Assembly: GCA_964624405.1 (NCBI GenBank)
Contig: CAZUXA010000010.1
Span: 5,263-69,262 of the forward strand
Direction: 5' to 3'
Origin: an uncultured bacterium
GTDB taxonomy: Bacteria; Fermentibacterota; Fermentibacteria; Fermentibacterales; JCC-6
DNA length: 64,000 nt
Numbering within the stretch: position 1 is the stretch's first letter; every line of letters starts with the position of its first letter. The position numbers and the translations under genes are program-made. The notes beneath the pieces are model-generated. The model saw nothing but the letters and a program-made list of their open reading frames with translations. It did no database searches and had not been told where the DNA came from. Positions 1 through 8,712 of the stretch are shown here, piece by piece.

Positions 1-964
1 CCCAGACCGCCATGGTGGGCCCCAGGCTGTATGCGGCAAAGAACAGCCCCAGTACCGGCAGGAAAGGGCCGTTCCAGGCCGTCTTTCCCCGGACGGCCCA
101 GGCAGCCCCGGCCAGAATCGCCAGCCCGGGCCACAGCGCCGCCTCGGGGTGGGCGTGACGGCTTCGAAGCCATCCGGTGGCGTATCCGGTTTGCCAGGGG
201 CTGACAAAGGATGCGGCGTCGGTGCTGGTGATGGTATTCACATCCCATATCCCGGCGTTTTTCATATGGGGAACAAGGAAGGGCGCCAGAAGGCCGTTGC
301 CCAGAAGGGTGTATACAACCAGCACGCCCACATGTCGTCTGCCCTTTGTGAACAGCGCGGTTACACCGACTACCGTCAGGGCCAGGTTCAGAAAGTACCA
401 GTGGTAAAGCGAAGCCAGCCCCTGCAGGGGTATCAGCAGCGCCAGAGGCCAGCGGGGACCCCTGCCTTCCACGATCCGCAGGGCGAACATCAGCCCCGCC
501 AGGGCGAGTCCGGCGCTTTGAAGCTGAAGGTGCCAGAGGTGGCTCTTGAAGTAGGGCAGGGTGATGAAAGCGGCGGCGGCGAAGGCGGCCCCCCAAACAG
601 TGGCGCCCCGGTCTTCCGCCAGTTTTGCCGCGGCGAAACCGGAGAGGGCGAGACTTATCCAGAAAAGAAGATTGTGGATTCGAACCGGGTTACCGGTGGC
701 GAGCCGGAGGGGAAGGGATACCATCCACTGGGTAAGCAGGATGTCGTTTCTGCCCTGCCCGTCCGGAAAGCCGGAGAACTGCGGCGTTTCTACGGGGTTT
801 CGCAGGTTGATAACCGCGTGATGGTTCCAGGCGGTGAGCCAGGTGTTGAACAGGGTGTCCGAGTGGTCGTGGGGGTGGGGGGAGAAAGGCAGCGGCCACA
901 GGACCGCCGCCGAAACCCCGAAACAGAGGAGGAGAAGGGGAAGGATCCCCCTCCGCTCCCTCAT
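1..964 (-). CDS. Polytopic membrane protein, possible GT-C/YfhO-like glycosyltransferase (3' end runs off the window)
   Basis: Absent from the ORF track because it has no stop inside the window. Hand translation of the minus strand from ATG at 962-964 gives MRERRGILPLLLLCFGVSAAVLWPLPFSPHPHDHSDTLFNTWLTAWNHH... The frame stays open to base 1 and contains repeated hydrophobic helices. The start lies 1 nt after the proS stop (966-968). Confidence 0.6.
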   Translation of the reverse strand, partial: MRERRGILPLLLLCFGVSAAVLWPLPFSPHPHDHSDTLFNTWLTAWNHHAVINLRNPVETPQFSGFPDGQGRNDILLTQWMVSLPLRLATGNPVRIHNLLFWISLALSGFAAAKLAEDRGATVWGAAFAAAAFITLPYFKSHLWHLQLQSAGLALAGLMFALRIVEGRGPRWPLALLIPLQGLASLYHWYFLNLALTVVGVTALFTKGRRHVGVLVVYTLLGNGLLAPFLVPHMKNAGIWDVNTITSTDAASFVSPWQTGYATGWLRSRHAHPEAALWPGLAILAGAAWAVRGKTAWNGPFLPVLGLFFAAYSLGPTMAVW

Positions 965-965
965 G

Positions 966-2399
966 TCAGTATGCCCGGGCCAGTATCGCCCTGGTGGCGG
1001 TTTTTCTGCCGGTGATGAAGCATTTTCCCTCTCCCCCCGGCTGTTCCAGCGGAACGCACCGGATGGTGGCGCTGGTTTCCTCCTGGATCCGGGCCTCGTC
1101 TTCTCCGGTTCCGTCCCACCACACCCGGTAGAATCCCGACTGCTCCGGAAGAAGCCTTTTGAACTCGTCGAAGGTTTCCACATCGAAAGTTCGGCTGTCC
1201 CGGAACTCCGTGGCCTCACGAAGCATCTGGTGGTGAATGTCGTCCAGCAGCGGGGCGATTTCATCTGCGAGGGTGTTCAGGGGAAGGGTGAACTTCTCCT
1301 TCCGGTTTCTCTGAGCCAGAGTGGCGTGGCCGGCGTCCAGATCCCGGGGGCCCAGCTCGATTCTGAGGGGCACACCCCTTACTTCCCAGTGGTTGAACTT
1401 GAAGCCGGGGCTCATGTTGTCACGATTGTCCACCATGGCCCTTATCCCGCGTCCCACAAGGCTTTTCGCAATGCTGTCCGCGGTTTCCAGAACCTGGGGA
1501 GCCCTGGGATCCTGCATGCCGATCGGCACTATCACCACCTGAACCGGGGCGATACCCGGAGGAAGCCTCAGGCCGCCGGCATCGCCATGGGCCATGATCA
1601 CAGCCCCCACAAGCCGGGTGCTGACTCCCCAGCTGCTCTGGTGAACATGGCGCCTCTGGTTGTCCCGGTCCAGGAATGTGGTGTCGAAGACCCGGGCGAA
1701 ATTGGTGCCGAGATAGTGGCTGGTGCCGCCCTGAAGAGCCCAGCCGTTACCCATCATGGCCTCAATGGTGTAGGTGTCCACCGCGCCGGCGAATCTCTCC
1801 CTTTCGGTCTTTCTGCCAGGGATCACCGGGACCGCTGCCACATGGTGCATGAAGTCGGTGTAGACCTGAAGCATTCTCATGGTTTCCTCCCGGGCCTCCG
1901 CCTCGGTGGCATGGGCGGTGTGCCCCTCCTGCCACAGAAACTCGGTGGTTCTGAGGAACGCCCTGGGGCGGAGTTCCCAGCGCACCACATTTGCCCACTG
2001 GTTGAGAAGCATGGGAAGGTCGCGGTAGCTGCCGATCCACTTGCTGAACATGTGGTTGATGATGGTTTCGCTGGTGGGGCGCACTACCAGGGGCTCTTCA
2101 AGGAGCTTGCCCCCGGCATGGGTAACCACCGCCAGCTCGGGGGAGAAACCCTCCACATGCTGGGCTTCCCTCTGGATGAAGCTCTGGGGTATGAAAATCG
2201 GGAAGTAGGCGTTTTGGTGCCCGGTTTCCTTGAACCTGCGGTCCAGGTCATTCTGCATCAGCTCCCAGATCGCGTAGCCGTAGGGGCGAATCACCATACA
2301 GCCCCGGACCGGTGCGGAGTCCGCCAGCTCTGCCTCTCTGATAACGTCCTGGTACCACCTGGCGAAGTCTTTTTCAGGGTTTGTGATGTTCTTTGCCAT
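966..2399 (-). CDS. proS: Proline--tRNA ligase, archaeal/eukaryote-like type
   Basis: ORF 966..2474 trimmed to the internal ATG at 2399 (MAKNITNPEKDFARWYQDV). Class II aaRS core is present (FLRTTEFLWQEGHTAH, GGTSHYLG). C-terminal Cys pair (CVPLEQ...GKCFITGRK) and terminal ...ARAY. Confidence 0.9.
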   Translation of the reverse strand: MAKNITNPEKDFARWYQDVIREAELADSAPVRGCMVIRPYGYAIWELMQNDLDRRFKETGHQNAYFPIFIPQSFIQREAQHVEGFSPELAVVTHAGGKLLEEPLVVRPTSETIINHMFSKWIGSYRDLPMLLNQWANVVRWELRPRAFLRTTEFLWQEGHTAHATEAEAREETMRMLQVYTDFMHHVAAVPVIPGRKTERERFAGAVDTYTIEAMMGNGWALQGGTSHYLGTNFARVFDTTFLDRDNQRRHVHQSSWGVSTRLVGAVIMAHGDAGGLRLPPGIAPVQVVIVPIGMQDPRAPQVLETADSIAKSLVGRGIRAMVDNRDNMSPGFKFNHWEVRGVPLRIELGPRDLDAGHATLAQRNRKEKFTLPLNTLADEIAPLLDDIHHQMLREATEFRDSRTFDVETFDEFKRLLPEQSGFYRVWWDGTGEDEARIQEETSATIRCVPLEQPGGEGKCFITGRKTATRAILARAY

Positions 2400-2635
2400 G
2401 GGTTTCCTCGCTTGGTTTTCGGGGGGGTTTGACCCCGCCCTGGTTAGGGGGTAATATATGCCCATGGGGGCCATCGTCTGAGAGTGCGATTAGGTTACTG
2501 ATGAAGGCTTCGCCCCACCGTGTCGCTGGCGCCCCCCAGGGAAGCCTGGCAGACCGGTCGGCCGTGTAAGGCCTTTAACCCTTGCTTGCGAATCATTCGT
2601 CAGCCCTGGCCCCCTCCCATTACATCGGAGGGGTG

Positions 2636-3523
2636 ATGCGCCACAACGGAACAGAGAGGTCCCCTTCGGACCGGCTTGACATCTTCTGGCTGTTCATAAC
2701 CGGCGGTTACGCCGTTCTGATGTCGGCCATTCCATACATTCGCCTGGTTCCCAGGTTTCCCGTTCTGCTTCCCATCTGGGCGGTGTTCGCCCTTCTTTAC
2801 CGGTGGAACCGGCTTCCCCGCTGGAGCCCGATGCTGGTGAGCTTCGCCTTTCTGGGGCTGTGCTACTGGGCGCTTCGATTCACTGTTACAACATGGAGCG
2901 GCGTCTTCAACGGCATGAATGTGGCGGTATTCGAAGAGCGGATTTTCGGCGTTCTGCCTCCGGTATGGCTGCAGGAGAAAATGGGTTGCCCGGGCCATAC
3001 CCGGTGGTTCGACTACTTCTTCGCCGGGCTTCATGCATCGTTCTTTTTCATACCGCTGCTCACCCCGTTTCTGGCGTGGCGCAGAAACGGCGACGCCGGA
3101 ATGCGCCGTGCGGTTACCTCCTTCGCCCTGCTGACCACCATCGGCTATGCCACCTATGTGCTCTGGCCCCTCACGCCTCCCTGGATGCAGACACTGGAAG
3201 GCGGAGTTCCCCCAATCGACCGCTGCATGTTCCGGGCGCTCACCGATTTCATGCCAGGCTTCCTGGTGGGAAACTTCTCCATGAGCCCAAGGGCCGCCAT
3301 GCCCTCGCTTCACGCCGCGGTTCCCATGCTGATGACCCTGGTTCTCATCCGGGAGCTTGGATTCCGGCGAAGCTGGTGGACGCTTGTAATCCTCTCGGGA
3401 ATCAGTTTCGAGATTCTCTACGGCGGCGAGCACTACGCCACGGATGTGGTGGTGGGCTATCTATACGCTCTGGCGGCCTATCTTGCCGTGTTCCTTCCCA
3501 GGCGGTTCCATACCCGGGTTTAA
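2636..3523 (+). CDS. PAP2-superfamily membrane phosphatase/phosphotransferase (PAP2_3, AUR1-like)
   Basis: ORF 2582..3523 trimmed to the ATG at 2636, which is preceded by GGAGGGG. Polytopic. Carries PAP2 C2/C3 motifs PSLHAA and GGEHYATDVVVG. Confidence 0.7.
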   Translation: MRHNGTERSPSDRLDIFWLFITGGYAVLMSAIPYIRLVPRFPVLLPIWAVFALLYRWNRLPRWSPMLVSFAFLGLCYWALRFTVTTWSGVFNGMNVAVFEERIFGVLPPVWLQEKMGCPGHTRWFDYFFAGLHASFFFIPLLTPFLAWRRNGDAGMRRAVTSFALLTTIGYATYVLWPLTPPWMQTLEGGVPPIDRCMFRALTDFMPGFLVGNFSMSPRAAMPSLHAAVPMLMTLVLIRELGFRRSWWTLVILSGISFEILYGGEHYATDVVVGYLYALAAYLAVFLPRRFHTRV

Positions 3524-3569
3524 GTTTGCTATGGTACGGCAGTGTTCCATCAAAAGACTGGGGGGAAGT

Positions 3570-4385
3570 ATGCCAAGGGTTACCGTAAGAAGCCTTGCGG
3601 CCATGAAGGCCCGGCGCGAACCCATTGTTGCCCTCACCGCCTACGACTACCACACGGCCCGAATCGAAGCCGCCGCGGGTGTTCACTGTATTCTTGTGGG
3701 GGATTCGTTTCAAATGGCGGTTCTGGGTGAGGAAACCACCCTGGGCGCCTCCCTCGATGTTCTTCTTTCAGTGGCGGCAGCGGTGAAGAGGGGAGCCCCC
3801 GGGGTTCTGGTGGTGGGGGACATGCCCTTTGGAAGCTATCAGGAGTCCTGCTCGCAGGCGGTCAGGAACGCCGGAAGGTTCCTCTCGGAGGCGGGAATGG
3901 ACGCGGTGAAGCTTGAAGGGGGAAACCCCCGGATGGTTCGCAGGGTTCGGGCCATTGTGGATTCCGGCATACCCGTGATGGGCCATGCCGGCCTTCTTCC
4001 CCAGTCGGTGCGCCTTGACGGCGGCTACCGGGTGGTACGCCGGGAGAACCGGGACGAACTGCTGCGCCAGTGTGAAGCCCTGGTTGAAGCCGGGGTTTTC
4101 GCCCTGGTCATCGAGGGCGTGGATGAGGAGCTTGCCCGGGAGGTTTCGGAAACTGTGCCGGTTCCCGTGATAGGCATAGGGGCAGGGCGTTATGTCGATG
4201 GCCAGATACTTGTGGTCTCAGACATTCTGGGGCTTGACCCCGCCTTCAACCCCAGGTTTCTTCGAAAGTACGCGGATCTTAACGGCGTGATACTCCAGGC
4301 GGTGAAACAGTACTGTCTGGAGGTGGCCGAGGGGCGCTTTCCGGGGCCGGAGAACGCCTTCCGGGAAGAGGGGGGCGAAGCATGA
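3570..4385 (+). CDS. panB: 3-methyl-2-oxobutanoate hydroxymethyltransferase
   Basis: ORF 3444..4385 trimmed to MPRVTVRSLAAMKARREPIVALTAYDY. Motifs ILVGDS, VVGDMPFGSY, VKLEGG and GHAGLLPQS are collinear with PanB. Confidence 0.9.
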   Translation: MPRVTVRSLAAMKARREPIVALTAYDYHTARIEAAAGVHCILVGDSFQMAVLGEETTLGASLDVLLSVAAAVKRGAPGVLVVGDMPFGSYQESCSQAVRNAGRFLSEAGMDAVKLEGGNPRMVRRVRAIVDSGIPVMGHAGLLPQSVRLDGGYRVVRRENRDELLRQCEALVEAGVFALVIEGVDEELAREVSETVPVPVIGIGAGRYVDGQILVVSDILGLDPAFNPRFLRKYADLNGVILQAVKQYCLEVAEGRFPGPENAFREEGGEA

Positions 4386-5596
4386 AAATCCTGGTGGCCG
4401 GCGGAGGCGGAAGGGAACACGCACTGGCATGGGCGCTATGCAGGGACCATCCTCACCGGGTGCTGGTCTGCCCGGGCAACCCGGGTACAGCGGCCTTCGC
4501 GGAGAACATTCCCGGCGACCCCCTTCAGGTCGCCCTGGGCAACCGGGTAGACCTGGTGGTGGTGGGCCCCGAAGCGCCGCTGGCCGCCGGTCTGGGCGAC
4601 AGGCTTCGGGCCTCGGGAATTCCCTGCTTCGGCCCCGGGGCGGATTGCGCCAGACTTGAGAGCAGCAAGTGGTTCGCCAAGGAGGTGATGACCGCCGCCG
4701 GGGTTCCCACCGCCCGGGGCCGGGTGTTCGACCGGATCGAAGAGGCCTTTGCCCATATGGAGGGAAGGCCGATGAACTGGGTCATCAAGTCCGACGGCCT
4801 GGCCGCCGGCAAGGGAGTGATTCTCCCCACGGACATCACCGAGGCCCGAAACGGGCTGGAAAGCCTTTTTGCCATGCCGCCGGGCAGGGTGGTTGTAGAG
4901 GAAAGGCTTTCCGGGCCGGAAGTCAGCGTGATGGCGGTGTGCAGCGGAACGGAAGCGGTGATGCTTCCCCCCAGCCGGGACCACAAGCGGCTGGGCGACG
5001 GTGACACCGGTCCCAACACCGGAGGAATGGGCGCGGTCTGCCCTCCACCGGGGCTGGAAGCGGGTTTCATCGAAGATATGAGGCTCACCGTGTTCCAGCC
5101 GGTGCTCCTGGAACTCCGGCGCCGTGGACTGGACTACAGGGGAGTGTTGTACGCCGGGATGATACTCTCTCCTGACGGGCCCAGGGTGCTCGAGTTCAAT
5201 GTTCGCTTCGGCGACCCCGAAACCCAGTCGGTGCTTCCAATGCTCGCCGGCGACCTGGCCGAGCTTTGCATGGCCGCCGCTGTTGGTACAGGGTTGCGGG
5301 ACATCGAAACCCGGAAGGGAGCTTCCGCCACGGTGGTGCTGGCCTCGGCGGGATATCCCGGGGTGTATGGAAAGGGGGCCCCCATAACTGGTCTGGAGCG
5401 GGTGCGAGGCGCGCTGGTGTTCCATGCGGGAACAGCAATGGCCGGGGGGTTGCCGGTAACAGCCGGAGGCCGTGTTCTCGGGGTGACCGCCCTGGGAAGC
5501 AGCCTTGATGAAGCGGTTGCCAGGAGTTATGAAGCGGTATCCGAGATTGCCTTTGAGGGAATGTACTATCGAAGAGATATAGGGAGGAAGCCATGA
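4382..5596 (+). CDS. purD: Phosphoribosylamine--glycine ligase
   Basis: MKILVAGGGGREHALAWAL N-terminus, ATP-grasp core, EFNVRFGDPE. ATGA overlap with the panB stop. Confidence 0.93.
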   Translation: MKILVAGGGGREHALAWALCRDHPHRVLVCPGNPGTAAFAENIPGDPLQVALGNRVDLVVVGPEAPLAAGLGDRLRASGIPCFGPGADCARLESSKWFAKEVMTAAGVPTARGRVFDRIEEAFAHMEGRPMNWVIKSDGLAAGKGVILPTDITEARNGLESLFAMPPGRVVVEERLSGPEVSVMAVCSGTEAVMLPPSRDHKRLGDGDTGPNTGGMGAVCPPPGLEAGFIEDMRLTVFQPVLLELRRRGLDYRGVLYAGMILSPDGPRVLEFNVRFGDPETQSVLPMLAGDLAELCMAAAVGTGLRDIETRKGASATVVLASAGYPGVYGKGAPITGLERVRGALVFHAGTAMAGGLPVTAGGRVLGVTALGSSLDEAVARSYEAVSEIAFEGMYYRRDIGRKP

Positions 5597-6024
5597 ACAG
5601 CCTTGTGGGAATCGTTATGGGAAGCGAAAGCGACCGGGAAACCATGGAGAAAACCTGCGGGGTTCTGGACGAGTACGGTATTCTCTGGGAAATGAATGTC
5701 ATGAGCGCCCACCGGACTCCGGAGAAGGTGGCGGAGTACTCCCGGAACGCCGCGGACCGGGGGCTGAAGGTGATCATCGCCGCCGCGGGGCTTGCGGCCC
5801 ATCTGGCCGGGGCGGTTGCGGCCAACACGAAGCTTCCCGTCATTGGAGTTCCGGTGCAGGGTGGGCCGCTGAACGGTTTCGACGCCCTGCTGAGCACCGT
5901 GATGATGCCAAAGGGAGTTCCCGTGGCCACTGTGGCAATCGGGTCTCATGGCGCCGCCAACGCCGCACATCTCGCCGCGCGAATCATTGCACTCTTCGAC
6001 CGGGATGTTTCGGAAAGGTTGTGA
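5593..6024 (+). CDS. purE: 5-(carboxyamino)imidazole ribonucleotide mutase
   Basis: VGIVMGSESD, SAHRTP, IIAAAGLAAHLAG and PVIGVPV motifs. ATGA overlap with the purD stop. Confidence 0.93.
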   Translation: MNSLVGIVMGSESDRETMEKTCGVLDEYGILWEMNVMSAHRTPEKVAEYSRNAADRGLKVIIAAAGLAAHLAGAVAANTKLPVIGVPVQGGPLNGFDALLSTVMMPKGVPVATVAIGSHGAANAAHLAARIIALFDRDVSERL

Positions 6025-6028
6025 AAAA

Positions 6029-6619
6029 ATGTCTGCCAGAACAGTTGCCATCGACATAGAGAAGCCCTCTCCGGACGCTGTGAAAATGGCGGTGTCGGTT
6101 CTGACCGGAGGGGGGCTCACCATTTACCCCTCGGATACCGTCTACGGGGTTCTCTGCCCGGCGGCCATGCAGCACTCGGTAAGAAGAGTGGCAAGGCTGA
6201 AGGGGTACACCGAGGAAAGGCCTTTCATCCTTCTGGTTCCATCAATCGAGGACGCCCTGATTTACTCGAAGCCGGTCCCGGGAGCCTTGGAAGCCATGCA
6301 ATCCCACTGGCCCGGCCCGGTGACCCTGATCCTTCCCGCCTCGGACAGGGCGCCCTCGTGGGTCTGCGCTCCGGACGGGTCCGTTGCTCTCCGGGTTCCC
6401 TCAGACCCGCTTTCCATAAAGATACTCGAGTGGGTCATGCCCCTGTTGACCACCAGCGCCAACATCCGCGGGGGGATGGAGCCTTTGGGCCTGGACGAGG
6501 TAAGCCTGAAACTGGCTTCCGGGGTTGACCTGATGCTTGACGGGGGAAAGCTGGCAACCAGGAAAACCAGCACCATGATTCGTGTTACCGAGGAAGGCCT
6601 GGAAGTTATTCGTCCCTAA
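6029..6619 (+). CDS. tsaC: L-threonylcarbamoyladenylate synthase (YrdC/TsaC/Sua5 family)
   Basis: ORF 5948..6619 trimmed to the ATG at 6029 (MSARTVAID). Motifs YPSDTVYG, PGPVTLIL, ALRVPS and TSANIRGG. Confidence 0.85.
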   Translation: MSARTVAIDIEKPSPDAVKMAVSVLTGGGLTIYPSDTVYGVLCPAAMQHSVRRVARLKGYTEERPFILLVPSIEDALIYSKPVPGALEAMQSHWPGPVTLILPASDRAPSWVCAPDGSVALRVPSDPLSIKILEWVMPLLTTSANIRGGMEPLGLDEVSLKLASGVDLMLDGGKLATRKTSTMIRVTEEGLEVIRP

Positions 6620-8712
6620 GCGGTAAGGGCGGTCCATAACACCCTGAGAAGGCTTTTCGGGTGAAGCAGGATGTTGGAGTAGGCCTGGTTCGCCAGGGGA
6701 CAGGCGCATTCCTTCCTTCTGATCGATCTGCGGATCGCCGCCGCCTCCCGTGATTTCCAGATGTCCAGAAAATCCGATTGATCTCCCACGGAACCCATCT
6801 CGCCCCGGTACGCCAGTATGGCGCACGGCCAAACACCGCCGTCGGCGTTGATGTGAACATTGAGCAGGGCCGCGTAGCAGGGTATGACCTGGGTCCGGGT
6901 TCGAAGGTATTCGGTGACGATATCGTAATACACCAGCCTCAGCGCGGTGGTGATTCTGGAAAGGATGTTCATTCCCTTCATGCGGCTTCTCACCGCTCTC
7001 TTGAATACCTCCATGATTTCGCCGTAGCGTTCTCCTTCCGGGGTGATCCCGCTGCCGATGTTGAAGAACTCCTCTCTTTCCTCCGCGACTTCGTTGATGT
7101 AGGTGTCCACCCCCAGGGTTCCGGCGAACTCGATGATTTCCCCGAGCTTGTGAACATTGAAGCGGGAGATCACGGTTCCCACTCCAACATGAAGGTACCT
7201 GCTGGTTTCCCTTAGCTTCTTCAGCCGTTCCAGAGTGTCGATGAGTCTGTGGAAATTGCCGGGAACTCCCCGCAGAAGGTCGTGAGCCTCACCCACGCCG
7301 TCCATGCTGGGTTTGATGGTGAGAACCGTTCCCGGCGCTTCCTCGGCGATTATGCCCAGGATCTCCCGGGTCATGGTTTCAACCCGCTCCGGCGCCAGGG
7401 CATTGGTTGGAATGTGGATCACCGCGGGACGAAGGTGCCTGCAGGCAAGCCTGATGATTTCCGGAAGATCCTGCCTGAGAAAGGGTTCACCACCGGATAC
7501 ATTGAAGAAGTAGGTCCAGCCCACGGAGCGGAACAGGGATTCGATCATCGGCAGGGAAAGCTCGTCCTTCCGGTTTTGGTGGTGCTTCCAGATGAAGCAT
7601 GTGCTGCACCGGGACTGGCAGTTCCGGGTGACGGAGAATGTGACATTGATGGGCTTGGGAGCCCCGGCAAGACCCAGCCTGGCCCACCACGCCCGGGCAA
7701 CGCTGAGGGAGAGGTGAAAGAGCTGGCTTCCGTGGTTCATCTGGACGGGGAAATGCCTGTAAAGAGCCTGATGCACAACGGCGGAAAGGGCGTAAGCGCT
7801 CTCCACCGCCATGAGCAGAAGCCTCTGGCCCAGGGCGATGGCGGTGGCCACCACCATGCCTCCCGGAACGAAACTTGCAACCATCAGCGCCTGCACCGAC
7901 TCCCTCACCCCGAGTCCCCCGGGAATGAACACCATCAGAAGAGAAGCGAGCCAGGCCGCGGGACCGGAGAGAACGCAGAGTATCACCATGGCGTGTGCCG
8001 GGGAGGATTCAGGCACCCCGAAGCCCCGGAACCAGAAGTAAAGCCCCAATCCCCGCAGGGACCAGGACAGAATGTGGCTGCCGATGAACTGCGCCTGATG
8101 CCTGTGGCTGATGTGGGGAAGCTCGTCTACGCTGGTGCCCAGCCTGTGGGCGAACTTTCTGGCGAAAAGCCTTTGAATCCCCGGCGCCATCAGCATGAGA
8201 ACCCCCAGCCCCCCGGAGATCCAGAGGGCGGCGGTAAGCGCCGGTGGAAGCAGCGAAGTGTTTACGAACGGCAGGGATAACAGCGTAAGAAGACCAAGGG
8301 CAGCAAGAAGATATATGTTTTCGAGCACCATGGCGCTGGCCGCCTTGACCGAGCCCGCGCCGTTTCGGTTCAGGAACGCTATTCTGCCCAGCACCATCCA
8401 CACCCGCCCGGGGATGTAGCTGCCCATCTGGGTCAGGAACCAGTTCCGTCGAAGCTGGCCCCGGTCTATTCTGGGAGTTTTCAGGGCGTGAATGATTCTC
8501 TGCCATGCAAGGGGGGCGAAGTAGTAGCCCGCCGCGAGAAAGAGAACGGAAAGCACCAGGTAGAACCAGTCCGCCCTGCCGCCGGCTTCCTCCCAGAAAG
8601 CCGTGAGGCGGGGTTTCCAAACCGGGTAGAGGCTCAATCTGAAATAGACCGCCGCTCCCAGCAGAAGAAGCGGCCCCAGCCATGCTTCCGCTTTCTTCAG
8701 AAGGGGTTTCAC
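6616..8712 (-). CDS. Fusion protein: N-terminal flippase-like (LPG_synthase_TM/UPF0104) membrane domain + C-terminal radical SAM domain with SPASM/twitch-like Cys cluster
   Basis: ORF 6616..9213 trimmed. Codons upstream of 8712 overlap the YfhO gene and look non-protein-like. The GTG at 8710-8712 overlaps the YfhO stop (GTGA). The N-terminal ~325 aa are polytopic with YIPGRVW and PGGLGVRE. The C-terminal part has CQSRCSTC (CX3CX2C, 7597-7620), VSGGEPFL, and a distal cluster IPCY...GGVWPCA...ECACP. Confidence 0.8.
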   Translation of the reverse strand: MKPLLKKAEAWLGPLLLLGAAVYFRLSLYPVWKPRLTAFWEEAGGRADWFYLVLSVLFLAAGYYFAPLAWQRIIHALKTPRIDRGQLRRNWFLTQMGSYIPGRVWMVLGRIAFLNRNGAGSVKAASAMVLENIYLLAALGLLTLLSLPFVNTSLLPPALTAALWISGGLGVLMLMAPGIQRLFARKFAHRLGTSVDELPHISHRHQAQFIGSHILSWSLRGLGLYFWFRGFGVPESSPAHAMVILCVLSGPAAWLASLLMVFIPGGLGVRESVQALMVASFVPGGMVVATAIALGQRLLLMAVESAYALSAVVHQALYRHFPVQMNHGSQLFHLSLSVARAWWARLGLAGAPKPINVTFSVTRNCQSRCSTCFIWKHHQNRKDELSLPMIESLFRSVGWTYFFNVSGGEPFLRQDLPEIIRLACRHLRPAVIHIPTNALAPERVETMTREILGIIAEEAPGTVLTIKPSMDGVGEAHDLLRGVPGNFHRLIDTLERLKKLRETSRYLHVGVGTVISRFNVHKLGEIIEFAGTLGVDTYINEVAEEREEFFNIGSGITPEGERYGEIMEVFKRAVRSRMKGMNILSRITTALRLVYYDIVTEYLRTRTQVIPCYAALLNVHINADGGVWPCAILAYRGEMGSVGDQSDFLDIWKSREAAAIRRSIRRKECACPLANQAYSNILLHPKSLLRVLWTALTA

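Noticed and set aside
149-1015. 288-aa plus-strand ORF at the left edge
   Set aside because: Low-complexity Gly/Arg/Pro-rich translation. The minus strand gives a coherent polytopic membrane protein whose ATG lies 1 nt after the proS stop.
834-2432. 532-aa plus-strand ORF antisense to proS
   Set aside because: A shadow ORF typical of G+C-rich DNA. The translation is Gly/Arg/Pro/His-rich with no motifs, while the opposite strand encodes a complete, motif-rich ProRS.
2400-2635. SRP RNA, tmRNA or RNase P RNA in the largest intergenic gap
   Set aside because: The segment AGGGAAGCCUGGCAG only superficially resembles the SRP domain IV motif. No GGAA/AGCAGC pairing context, no RNase P GAGGAAAGUCC, and no tmRNA features were seen.
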